DNA from: Klebsormidium nitens | Lineage: Eukaryota; Plantae; Klebsormidiophyceae | Assembly: GCA_000708835.1 (NCBI GenBank) | Contig: DF237146.1 | Coordinates: 85,127-149,126 of the forward strand | Direction of reading: 5' to 3' | DNA length: 64,000 bases | Part shown: positions 49,230 to 61,195 of the stretch, piece after piece | Layout: each line of letters opens with the position of its first letter | Position numbering within the stretch: position 1 is the stretch's first letter | Program-made: the position numbers and the translations under genes | Notes under the pieces: model-generated | What the model saw: the letters and a program-made list of their open reading frames with translations, nothing else | Databases searched by the model: none | What the model was told of the DNA's origin: nothing

Positions 49230-49450
49230 GAAGGGCGGTCGCGCATGCGTCGCGGCCGCGGATCCGCTCTGCCGGGTCGATCCGCGATCGTCCGGGATCA
49301 GATCCCATATATGGCTATAGCTGGCTGTCTTCCTGATAAATTTGAGAGACAGGCTGAGACAGGCTGACGGATGGCGGTTGCAATTCCGCCCCCTTCAGTG
49401 AAACGTGGCCGCCAGGCGCTCTGCCGCGCAAGCGTACGCGCCTTCCGGCC
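49230..49450. promoter_or_regulatory. GC-rich promoter-like island containing GCGGCCGC
   Basis: Same GC-rich, GCGGCCGC-containing signature as seen upstream of most genes in the window (49252); adjoins the truncated element. Confidence 0.4.
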
Positions 49451-49906
49451 GCCACCTTGGTGGCCTCGACATAATGCAGTCTGATCATCCTTTTGCCAGA
49501 TACGAGCGCGCCAGCTCTACTGACGCCTGCAAACTTGTGCACCCAAAAATAGTAGAAGATTGTCTTCAAAGCTGCCAGTGGCCTGAGCCACACTGAGTGA
49601 GACGTCAAGACGTGGCGCGCTTTCCGACGGCTCAGCAAAGAACAAAGATAACCGGGAAGGGAGTCACTACATTGACCATCCCGTTGTCAAAAAGCGCACT
49701 TTAACTAGGTACATTTCGGGGTCCCGAACTTTCCGCTGGCTGGGGCTGGCACCGTCCGATGAGTGCCACGTATAGGGACCGAGTCCAAGTCTGTCAGAAT
49801 TGCACTTGTACACTGCGGCAGTACTTTCTCCGTCGAGTGTACTCGGAAAATTCAAGGTTACAAGAATTCACCGTCGGCAGGTTTATCCTAGCTGGCGGTA
49901 CTAGCC

Positions 49907-49986
49907 NNNNNNNNNNNNNNNNNNNNNNNNNNNNNNNNNNNNNNNNNNNNNNNNNNNNNNNNNNNNNNNNNNNNNNNNNNNNNNNN
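49907..49986. other. Assembly gap (80 N)
   Basis: Run of N. Confidence 1.
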
Positions 49987-50114
49987 CCAGTTCAATTCCG
50001 TACATTTGACGTGGCCCCGCTGGATGAACAGCCCCGTATCTTGCGGGCCCCGGGCAAATCGTAGTGCGCTTTTTGACAACCGGCCGGACAATGTAGTGAG
50101 TACGAGAGGCCGGT

Positions 50115-51020
50115 ATGGCCCACGGGGCAGCGACGTCTGTCTCTTCTTTGAGCGACCTTCCAGGCGACGTCGTTGTGACTATTCTCCGCAAGCTAGCAGC
50201 CACCGACCCGTGCTCCTTGCTGCCTGCCACGTGTGCCTGCAAAGCCTTCCGTCAGCAAGTGGAGGACAACCCTAGTATCTGGAAGCAAGCCTTCTTTGGC
50301 AAGGAGTCAGTGGGCGAAGACCGTGTCAGAGAAGAGCAGCTTGAAGACGTGGTGATGTCTCTCGGTGGATATGAGCGGCTCGTGAAGGCTTGCACTTGGG
50401 GAGAATGCCCGGAACGCATGAGGTCATCTGAACAAACCTGGAGAGACTGGTTGCTGTGGTGCGATTTCTCTCAGTACTTACTGGACGACAGGTTACCGGA
50501 TTGTTTCCCGGGAGTGACCAAGAACCTGATCGTCTTTAGAGAGCAGGGGCGACTTCTCCTTTGGGGCATTTTGACCTAGAATACTTATGGGCCGAAATTT
50601 TCGAATTGCAAGCGAGAGGAAAGGGGCGACTTCGAATGGATCGGAACGCGTCAAGGCAATGATCACATTGAACTTTTCCTGAGAACTTCTAGTTTTGAAA
50701 CAGTCAACTGTGGCGGCGCTAGCTCAGACAGATCAAGCGAAGTAGGACGAGTAAGAGTTTCTGAAAGCGGACATATGGTTACTGGACCAGTGTCGATGGA
50801 AATATACCTGTTTCCAGACCGCATGGCAGAACCATGTCCTTTTAATGCACCAATGTCAATGCTCAAAGGATCGAGGGCTTGGAAGTGCAGACTGAAATCT
50901 AAGAAAAATGAGGACTTCGGGTTTCAGCTGAGCGGTACTTTTTACGTGCTTTACCCAAAAACAGAAGAATCCACAAAAGCTCCGGCGCTTCCGGCAACGG
51001 ACGTATGCCCAATCTTGTGA
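50115..51020 (+). pseudogene. F-box-like paralog K, single in-frame TAG at 50577-50579
   Basis: LPGDVVVTILRKLAATDPCSLLPATCACK..LLWGILT*; the same frame continues without further stops through GPVSMEIY to 51020. Confidence 0.85.
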
Positions 51021-52149
51021 TCAAAAGAAGAATCTTCTAGCAGATAAAGAGCCTCGTATTCTTTCTATCCTTAGAGGGGCGTCTCGTTCCTTGTGGCCGT
51101 AAAGATTATTATTAAGTAGCTCATGGAACGTCGGATTTCGAGCTGTTACCAGGTTTGGCAGTGCACCGATCGCGCTACCCAAAAGCTCTCTGTTATACCT
51201 ATTGACTGGTAGAATTAAGAGTCGGCCCCCGCCAGATGTTGCGTCATGTCGGCCACTCCTTACGAATGCTGTCGTCAGTGCTGAAATATACGTTTTCCGT
51301 TCATAGAGAAACAGAGATCGTGAGTCCATCTGGGCGCGAACTACTCGACGTCCCTGCTCTTCGCTCAGCAACTTGCTGTCCGTTGAGATCGACGGCGTAT
51401 AACAACAAAACGTGCACGTATGCCAACAAAATATGCTACACGGTGCATGTAATCAGGACTCCCTTGTCGAGTCTCGACCAGCAACGTCGTTCCAAATGGA
51501 TGAATTTGCTGGCTGTGACGCTGTCATGAATGTGGCTGCAACAACCGTTATAGCATGCTGAGTGGTATTAAAAGTGTGCACCTTTCGTCGGTTGCGTGGC
51601 ACATGTGACAGTCGAAGAAATCTAGGTGCTGAAAGACTTCAATTACAAATCAGAGCAATCTGGACTCTCATAGAGTTGGATCTATACAAGTCAATATGTG
51701 ATTGGATAAATTAAGCGGGTGAAAACGGGTCACACAAACCAGCACTATAATAAAGCTACCAGTCATGCAGCCCGACTTCTACAAACAGCGGCCGTTGCTT
51801 GCCTTGTCCGAGGCTCGCATTCCCAGCTCTGGCATGGCTTGCAACAAGCGGACAGATCCATCAGATACGGTTATGGAAGCATTCGGGGTATACACATAGC
51901 GCCATTGATGTGTTTGCGAGTAAGGGGCCGATCACTTGCAACATCCGTCGATTGCTTTGGAATATGACGCCTTGCTGCAAAGTGTTCGAAATTCTAACAG
52001 AAAATCCAAGGTATCCAATCCCTAAGAGCTTTGCTAATGGGACGCACCATATCCAAATCTCGAGGTTATTGAACAAGGCCTGGATGACCTTGACCCTGCT
52101 TTTGTCTTGCAAACGGTGAAGCTTGATGTCTTTGACGTCATATTGCGTT

Positions 52150-52423
52150 TTAGGTATGCGGCTTGTTTTCCCAGCAGACTCTCCAGTGGGGCTCCTTCCT
52201 AGAGTCAAATTTCAGATAGGTAAACAGTTCACAGGGCAATTTCGCCTTCCCTCTATGACGCTTCGAATTTGTCCACAGATAGCCGCGCAACGAATAGCAT
52301 GTTCCGTTCTTGTGATCCACCCAAGCCTCTTTGGAGCTAAAAGTCTCGCAGCGGCAGACTGTAGAATGTTTTTCCAGCGCGGGTGCCCTTGTCTCGGAAG
52401 GCGGAAAGGTGTAGAATTCCACA
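52150..52423 (-). pseudogene. F-box-like paralog B, displaced 3' half
   Basis: VEFYTFPPS..CRCETFSSKEAWVDHKNGT..WENKPHT*, matching the paralog L C-terminus; begins exactly at the element terminus. Confidence 0.9.
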
Positions 52424-52852
52424 GACTATTCCCAAGGGAATGAACTTTAGCATTCCTTTCTTTATTCTAGTGAAACGTCCAACGTCAGATGGATGGACGG
52501 TTTGGGGCAAGGACGGTCAGGGTTCGCTCTTCTGATGCCGCACTTCTCGCCCCAAGAACACAATTGTCCCCAAGACAACTCTTATTGACAAATAATGGGT
52601 TCGCGTTTTACAGGGCTGCTTTCCAAGCCGTCTGCCGCAATCACGTCCTAGAAACTCGTGGGCTCTGCGCGAAAGCTTCGTCCTCCGACCAGGCAAGGTG
52701 GTCCGAATCAGAGACGTTGGAGCGTTACGAGCGTTCTCTGTCTGAGGTAGTGGCAGTAGCGGATCGAGCCACAACCGCCGAGAATGTCTCAGGTCGGAAG
52801 CGGGTTTTTGAAGAGTTGACCCGTTTTCTGGAGAAGAACGCTTACGGAGTCA
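52424..52852 (-). mobile_element. 3' terminus of the DIRS-like element with a probable YR N-terminal fragment (read on +)
   Basis: First 126 bp identical to 20935-21060. The + strand then encodes LERYERSLSEVVAVADRATTAENVSGRKRVFEELTRFLEKNAYGVT, a helical segment in the position and orientation expected for the missing YR N-terminus (inference). Confidence 0.75.
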
Positions 52853-52989
52853 CCACTTCTGCAGCCTGGAAGGCTAGCGGAAGATCAGCACTTGGTTTGT
52901 CTCTTTGTCTGGCCGGCGCCCTTGTGGGGCATTCGGTGCATTGTAACGTGCCATTGTCAACGGATTGAGTGGTGGGGCAATTGCAACTG

Positions 52990-55900
52990 ATGGCGAGGCG
53001 GCAGCAGCCCGTCTGCAGGGACTTCCAGAAGGGAAAGTGAGCACACTGCCGGCGGCTGTGTTTTGCATCCTGCTATCTGGGTGTGGGCCGCTACTGTAGA
53101 GGCCATGTTCTTCAGATGCGGAAGATCGCAGAGAATTGCAAAAGGCGTTTGCAAGCCTCTGAATTTGTAAAATGCAACTGGACACCATCCGCTGCTCTGC
53201 AAGTTCTGCTCAAAGACTGCCACCACTACAACCACCTTTTCTTTGCTTTCTTTATCAGTGAGTTTTCTTATCGACCTAATTGGCTCTAAAAGTAGTTGTA
53301 ACCTTGAAGGCTGGTCGCCGCACCACCACTTCCTGGCTTAGGAGCAGATCTCTACCGACCAGTATATCTGTTGCCCATTCTCTCCTGTACTTTACATCGC
53401 CGGAACGTCTGTTTTCTGGCAGGTCCAAAGGCTCACATGTCTTTCTATCAAATCAAGATCAGCGGCGCCGCTTTGTGCGACCAATCATCTGGACATTAGG
53501 ATCTCGTCAATCTCAATCATCTTCCACTTTGCAGCTGCCGCTTTGGGGCTCAGTGCAAGTTCTCCCATGACATTGGCCAGTCAGGAGGTGGGCGCCCTCA
53601 AAAGGTCAGCGCCTTCTCTTTCCTACGCTACCAGACGGTGCAAACAGGAATCCTCAATTCAAAAGGCCCAAACGGAATACCGAGCAAGACCTTGTTGTCT
53701 AGGTGGGCTTTTATTTGCCGTGGTAGTAAGCTCAGTGGAACGTCCGTGTCCCCTATCAGTCTATCTTACTATTGTATTTCGCCCTTCCTGCGAGCACCAA
53801 TACTATGGCCTTAAGTAAAGCTTAAGGGATTGCGCAAGTAAAGATCAAGGGACTTTGCATAGATGATTGCAACTGCGGAGTGCGGCGAAACTGACAGTGC
53901 ATGCATTTCATACGCACAAGCTAATAAAAGGAACTTTAGCCAGGGCATCCACTGAATGTTGAAGTGGGACCCCGGTGAAGCCGTTATTGATTCCAGTCAC
54001 AATCATAGCGCTGCTGAGAGTCGGCCCTTACACATGTTAGAGGTTTTTATCGGGCATCCTTAAGCCGAGTCTGATACTTTCCACTCCAGATTGAGCTCCC
54101 AAGTGAGAAATTTGGATAGGTTAGTGCCATTCAAGTGGCTCAGAACCTGCTTCAATGAACCCAGGAAAGGTGTTTGTCAGCCAAACTTCTATCGAATCAA
54201 ATTCTTTTCAAGGTGATGTTTCATCACTGCAATCTGACAAGGCCTCTAATGTCACCAAGTTTCTTCCCATGTCTTGTCCAATAACATTCTTTAAGGCTAA
54301 TGTCCCGTCTGGCCTCTTCTTGAAACACACATGCGAGGTTCCATGACGAGAGCATCAAATCGGCAACTGGCGTTGTGTACTGCAGAATGTCTTCGGTTCA
54401 AATGCTTTTGCGCCGCTCGCGAGTGGAGCAAAGGCCCCTGGGACTCCAGCCAAGGCGTCAGACAAGCCGGAACACCGGTAAGCTTCGGCGCTCCCCTGTT
54501 TGAGCTAACAATCGTCCTTGGCGGCCGCGCTCCAGTTTGAAAAGCTTTGCAGCTGAAGTCTGGTGCGGATGATCATGGGCCTTTGTCAGCGGTTCCAAGT
54601 GCCGTCGCTCGAATACACTTGGCTTTTCAAACCCAATTACAGACGAACAAGTTTGTAAACCGTCAGATGACCCTTCCAGATTGGGAGTTGGCTTGGCGAG
54701 CGAGTGGGTCAGATTTATCTGCCGCTCTCCAAATTTAGGTCAAGCACAGTCTCCGCATAGGTTTGTAGGATGGCGATGCATCAGATCCGTATGTTTGAAG
54801 TTTAGAAGTAAAGAAGTTCATGCTCAGAAGTTGCCTCCTTCCAAGCTGGCGCGTAGGCCCTCAATGCGTCAAGTTCGGACATGCCTCCTCTTTGGTGCCA
54901 CGATTTGTGGAAGCCTCACGTCCTCACTCCGTTGTGATTTCTTCAGGATCACACAGACTCGATCTAGTTTATAACGAACGCAGATTGGCCCCATCTTTTT
55001 CCCCGCACTTAGAGATTTCAATCACAATGAGTCCTCCGCTCGGGCCAGATTTGTCGTAAGATTTCAACAACCTTCGAAGTGCGGAGCCAGAGACGATCCA
55101 AGGATCTTGCATCTTTTCTGATACTACAATTCTGCACAGACCGCCAATGAAACCGCCGTTATCTTTTTCCAATACAGCAGCTGTCAGGTTATCTAGACCA
55201 AGGCGGACAGACCGCTTCCAAAATCATTAATTTACCGCTTTGCACGTCCGCATGCAGGTGCAACAACCCGCGGGTGTGTCAGGACCAGATCCGGGAGGAC
55301 TTCCAGACTGAGAAGCCCAAGTGGTGGACGCTGTCAGCGTATGCGCACTGGAAAAGGTCAGTGTCCGCACAGAGTTTGTGTCCTCTCAGAACCATGAAGG
55401 GTAAGCTTACCATGAAGAGTAGGCGCCATCACGGGTAACTGGGACAGGTGGGATTCGCTACGGGGTAAGGGTGGACACGGGTGCGCTGCGATTAAAATAC
55501 TGGTCTGGGTTTTAGTTTGACGTTCTCGCTCCTCTTCATGGCGTTTACCCTTCACGGAGAGGACCGTGGCCTGACGCTGGCACGGCGAAGCAGCCCCGCT
55601 GTTTGAATGGTAGAAGTAGGTCCCCTTTCTCGTGACTTGCTGTCCAATCAATCGTCCACATTAATTTTGAGCAGCCGACCCGCGTTGCCTCTCCTGTGCT
55701 CAAAACGCATCGGTCCGGTTGGTTGAAAATAGCAAGTGTTTGCTGCGCCATCTCCTGCGTGGCGACCCTCCATGCTGTTTTAGGTTTGGCGCAGGATCAA
55801 TCAGGTACCGCGTTCTGAGCGGTTCTTCGAAAGAGGCTCCCAGCTTTGCACCCTGTCCCATCGGTTCGTAAATTGTAAGCGACTACGATGGGCTTCGACT

Positions 55901-58307
55901 ACGACATATAGGCCAAACTTATGCCTGCTGACTGAACGCCTGCTTCCGCCTTTCTCCCAGCCTGCCGAACGACATCAGCGGTGACGTCAGCTTCGAGGAG
56001 CTCCGATGGGAGGGGTACAAGGCGGCCCAGCAGGGCACTCCGCTGCAGCAAGTCGTGAGTATCTACCCCGCTCTAGTTTCTACATGCTTTCCAGAAAATA
56101 AAAGACAACACGATTGTAATCTTTGTTCCCAGGCTCCTTGTCTGCAGACGCATAGCTTCTAAGGCGTTCTGTCGTCGGTTGGCTCAATCACGCTTCTTAA
56201 GGTTCTGAATCTGGTCCCTTCCGGTACTGGCATGTTGCAGACCTTCCAGTCCGTGCTCGCTAGATGCGGACTGCCGAACTGGGTGAACAAGATCCTGGCA
56301 TAGTCAGCAGAATGATCCTCAATTTCCGTTGCTTATTCTGGCAACCGAACATCTATTGCTTTCAAAATTGAAAGTTTTAGGGGCAGATCGATCAATCCGA
56401 AGGCGTCTGTAGACATTCCCGCCAAGCTCTCGGCAAGGTTAGACACGAGCTCTGTCAGCAGATTGCGCCGCCTTGCAAAATCCCTTTCATCAAGAATAGG
56501 GATTGTGTCTTCACCCTCGGAAGCTTCTCGATACTTAAAAAGGGACCTTCTTTTCTATCTCTTTTCTATCTCTGTGTCGAACTAGATTTGAGCTTCAGCA
56601 AAACTTTCTTGGTCATGTCCTCCTCACAGGTGGCACGAGAACAGCAGCTCGTACGCACCAAAGAGTCCGAGTATCAGCAACTTCTGCTAAACCCTTACCG
56701 CGGTCCCGGCCAAACCCAGGCCGTTACCTCTCCCCCTCCGGCTGGCACCGCTCTTCTTTTTGGCAAACCCGTTACCCCGGTTAACCAACCCACTAACCCA
56801 CCGTTTGGGCAGACCGGTTATGGTCAGCCCGCAAGCTTCGGAACTCCCCCTCCAGCGTTTGGAACCCAGGCGAATTCTCCGTTTGCCCAACCTCAGACAC
56901 AAACCCAAACCATCTTCGGTAGCAAGGCCGCGACTCCTAGCCAAAGTGGGTTTGGTCAAACCCCGGGGGGTAACATCTTTGGGGTTAAGCCCGCGGTTAC
57001 CCCTAGCCCGTTTGGCGCTCCGAGCTCTCCGTTTGGAAGTCAAGCCTTAACCACGCCCCAAACCACCGCCCAAACCCCCTTCGGCGGGGGGACTATTTTT
57101 GGCCGTCAGGCAACCCCAGGGATCGCCACCCCTTCCGGGTTTGGGGGTTTTGGGCCGCAAACCCCGGCGCCATCTCAGAGTATATTCGGCAGGACACCTA
57201 GCGGGGCGGCGCCAAGTCCATTTGGAGCGCAGCCGGGGGGTCAATTTGGCACGCAGCCGATTCCCTCTTTTGGAAGCGGAGGAGCAAGCTCGCCGTTTGG
57301 AGCGGGGGCACAGAATTCGTTTGGGGCTGCCAACGGGTAAGAAGCAAAAGTCTTTGAACGCACAGCGTTGAACGAAGCGTGGCGTCATGAAGACGATACT
57401 CCATGCGTTCTGCTCGTGCATGGTTATTTGTTTTTGGAGGTCGCCGCAATCTTGCAAAAGGTGCGCAGAAGGCGTTGTGGAAGAACAGCAATTTCTTAGT
57501 TTTGAAGCAATTCCAAAGGGCTGCAGACCAATCCAAAGATTTGCCCAGTTTGTTGGATTGCTCCTTCGGTTTTGGAGCAGAATAGGGAGAGATATACGAG
57601 CGACAAAGTCAGAAACACTGAGGTGTGAAAAGAAGGATGTGCCTTGGCAAGCCTTTAAGCGTTCCTTCGCGGCTCGGAGTAAACAAACCCAATGCCTAAT
57701 TCCTTCTTGTGCTTGGACAGCATCGAGGTTTCACTTCTTGCCTGCCATGTTGAAAGCAAGGATGCCAAACTCAAACGTCAGCGCTACACTCTCACATGTA
57801 CTTCGTTTGGAAAAAGGCTGCCCCGCAACACGCGTCCAGATCTTTTCAGGAACATGATGAACGTACATGAAATGGGGGCTTCTCCAGCCGTTAGCACCGC
57901 TGCCCCGCCTCCAAGCGAACCCGGGGGAGATCCGCACCGGGACGTGTGGTTAGCGGAAAAGTTCGAACTGGGGAAGGTGAGTCAAGAGCAAGGCGCTGAG
58001 ATTTGTCGAGTGGGTCCATTTATCCCTTGAACTGATGGTAGATTTGCTGTTTGTGCTTGGAAGCATTTGGGAGTAGCACAACCACTCAGTTTTGTCCCTG
58101 AAGGAGCACTCAGTGTATGAAGCTATCCAACTAATCTGTGGCAGTCGCCGACTTTCGCTCCAGCGCTTGACGGATGCTTCGCTCTTTTTGTGTGTTTGAA
58201 GGAAACTTCGTAAAACTTTTGTTCCACCAAAGCGCTCGACGCTACTGAATTTGACCTTTTATATGTTGCAGATACCGGAAGAAGAACCGCCAATATATGC
58301 TCGGTGA
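52990..58307 (+). CDS. NUP42: NUP42/CG1 (NUPL2)-like nucleoporin: CCCH zinc finger, FG repeats, C-terminal Gle1-binding-type motif
   Basis: Phase-consistent exons: 52990-53036 and 53535-53604 (C-RDFQKGN-C-RFGAQ-C-KFS-H), 54386-54477, 55258-55356 (EDFQTEKPKWWTLSAYAHWK), 55961-56054 (DISGDVSFEELRWEGY), the large FG exon near 56630-57338 (PFG/IFG/FGG repeats), an exon ending KFELGK, and 58272-58307 (IPEEEPP..*). Confidence 0.9.
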
Positions 58308-59631
58308 CAAAGCTGCTCCGTAGAAAGAAAAAAACCGCAGAAAGATACCGCATCAAAGAACGGACCGTTGCTTGAGGTTGACTTCTTCAGGATAAATTGA
58401 ATCTTACGATTTCTTGCAAGACATTGGGGTGCCACGTTTCTTTCCGGGTTCCCCAACGGTGGTTCCAGTCAACCGTAGTGCATGACTTTGCTTCTCAGGA
58501 TGAAGCAAACACTGATCATTGAGTCTTCTCAAGAACTGAGCGCTTGTGGGGCAATCAACATACGGGTGTAGGGAGTTGCGCCGTCAATCAGTAAGAGAAG
58601 CCTGAGCTACGCGCGCATAGCAAGCGCAACGAAGAACACATGGACGCTCGGCTCCTTGAGATTATAAGAGCCGTTGTCCGGTGTGCTAGGCCGACTGAAT
58701 TGTCATTTGCCCAGAGCTAGTGTGTTTAAAGTGGTCAATGAAGCGACGTACAGCCGAGTTAGCTCAGTAGTGGTGTTCCTGGGCAGGTCCGATCTTATTC
58801 ATTCTACCTTCGAGAAGAGCATCGTCGCAAGTATGTTCGTTCATCGAGTTTGGCATGTCATAAACGCACACGAAGTTATTTCTACAAAAACGAAGTGACC
58901 ATCTCTAAGCTAGCGAGTACAGTATTGAATCATGTACATACATACAGTCTCGGGTACATTGTAACAGCGCTCTCCTCAACTCAAAAGTCTCGGCCTCCGG
59001 GCCCAGCATGAATTTAACAGCGCGTATGATTTCATGCGGTCATTCGCAGGCCCGCGCGCCGGCAGCCGCGCCGCACTTACAATCTAGAGCATTCTGGACT
59101 CTCGAACAGGTGGATCCACAGATCTTTGGTCAATTTAAGCGGGTGGAAAGCGCGGCGGGTTACACGAAACAGCAATATAAGAAAGGTACCAGTCCTGTAC
59201 TAGCCGGCCCGACGTTCAAAAAACAGTGGCCGTTGCTTGCCTTGTGCCCTAGCCGGAGTGATCGAGGCTCGCATTCCCACTGGCTCAGGCATGGCTTGCA
59301 ACAAGCCGACAGATTCTCCAATCACAGTCATATATTGAAGTGATCCGGGTATACACATAGTGCCGTCGATATGATCGCGAGTTGGCGGATGCCTTGCAAC
59401 ATGCATCGACTGCTATTCAGGAATATGGCGCGTGCAGTGCTGCAAAGTGTCCAACCCGTGACCAAATTTGAAGCAGAAAAGCCAATATACCCGAACCTAA
59501 AGCTTTGCTAGTAGCTAGGCCGCACCCTATCTGAATTACAGGCGACTTCAACGAGTCCTAGCTGACCTTGACTGCTCTTTCTGTGTTGCAAACGGTGAAG
59601 CAGCTTGACGTCTTTGACGTGATATTGCCGT

Positions 59632-60524
59632 TCAGGAACGTGGCTTGTTTTCCCAGCAGACTCTCCAGTGGGGCTCCTTCCTGGAGTCAAATTTCAGATA
59701 GGTAAACAATTCACAGGGCAACTTCAGATTTCCTCTATGAGGCTTTGAATTTGACCACAGATAGCCGCGCAACGAATACCATGTTCCGTTCTTGTGATCC
59801 ACCCAAGCCTCTTTTGGGCTGAAAGTCTCGCAGCGGCAGCCTGTAAAAGGTCCTTTCAAAGAGGGTGCGGAAGGTGGAAAGGTGTAGAACTCTACAGAGA
59901 GAGGCCCCGCCGGCCGGCCGTTCCTGTCACAAACAAAACCGTCCGTGTGGTCGGGCCGAGCCCGAGCAATCCCCCTTGCAATTGCCGGAAAATCCACGGA
60001 ATACACCGGCTGGAGCGAAACGCCCAAGAAAGCCGCCTTGGGGAAGATTGAGTTCGCAACGCTGTCCGCGACTTTGTTCTGGGGGTAGATTCCCCACTGC
60101 CAAAGGCTCCCCCGCAAGCGAAAAAAGGTTAGGACCACCCCCCCAGACAAAAGCCGTGACCGGAAGCAGCAAACAGCGCATCTAGACTCGAGCACAGCGG
60201 CTCCCACCCCCTGGTTTTGTTCAACTAGCTTTTTCTTCCGTGCCGCACAACATCGAGCTGCCAACAATCGTTTGTACCCACCCAGAGCTTCAACCATTGC
60301 ATCCAACTTTGCGACCTGTTCTGAATGATACTGTTCGGATTGCAGATTGCCTTGCACATCTTCTGAGACACTGTGAAAGAAGGCTTCTTTCCAGATCCCT
60401 GTATTCTCCGCCGCCGCGCGGTGCAGGGGCGCCAAAGCGCACGTGCTTCGCAGCAAGACAGGGGGTCCAGAGCAGCCAGCTTGCGGAGAATAACCAAGAG
60501 CAATTCAACCGGAAGGCGCTCCAT
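59632..60524 (-). pseudogene. F-box-like paralog L, 1-nt deletion near 60460
   Basis: CTG TCT TG versus CTG TTC TTG in B; otherwise a full-length reading frame to WENKPRS*. Confidence 0.87.
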
Positions 60525-61195
60525 GCCTGCCTTTAATCTAAACGTACTGCCAAGACAAGTCCGCCCATTGGGCTGAACGCGCGAAGGCCGAGTCTCAGCG
60601 CGGCCGCGGGTCTGGAACGCCGCGGCTCAGCGTCTGCGCGTCCAATTGCCGGGGGTATAGCGCCAGTACGTAAGCAGTTGGCGCGACCTTGCATTCCCAC
60701 CCAACCCAGCCGGGTACGTCTACCGGGCGCCCAGGGGCCTGCCCCTCTTGGCATAGGCTATGAGGCAAAGGGGCCCGGCGCCGTTATACGGGCTCAGCCC
60801 GTGCCGTTACCAAGCACTCACAGACCGTTCCCATTCAGCACGCCAAAAGAAGACGTCCAGCTTCCTTTTCCATTGAGATGAGCCTTCGCAGTGTGGCACA
60901 TCAGCCGCAATCTTGCTCACTTTCCACACTTCACTTTCTTCGGTGGCAATTTCTCTGAGGTTTAGTGGCTTCCGTGTGCGTTTTAGTCCTCTTGCAGTAG
61001 AATGACAGAGCCAAAAGCAGGCGGCTTTAGAGAAGCTGCAGGGCAGATTGGTGTGGCTCAGGGCTTTCAGGTTGGCCGGCAATTAATGTCAACAGGAATT
61101 GGTGTTCTGTTGTGGGGGCGCTTCCTAGTATCAGTCTCATCATCTCACTTAGCCTTGTAGGAGCAAATCAGAGCTGGCCCTTCAACTGAGTCGTC

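Noticed and set aside
49258-49310. Cluster of five GATC sites next to an element encoding a Dam-like domain
   Set aside because: Outside the element; the methylase target is unknown and the cluster could be chance in GC-rich DNA.
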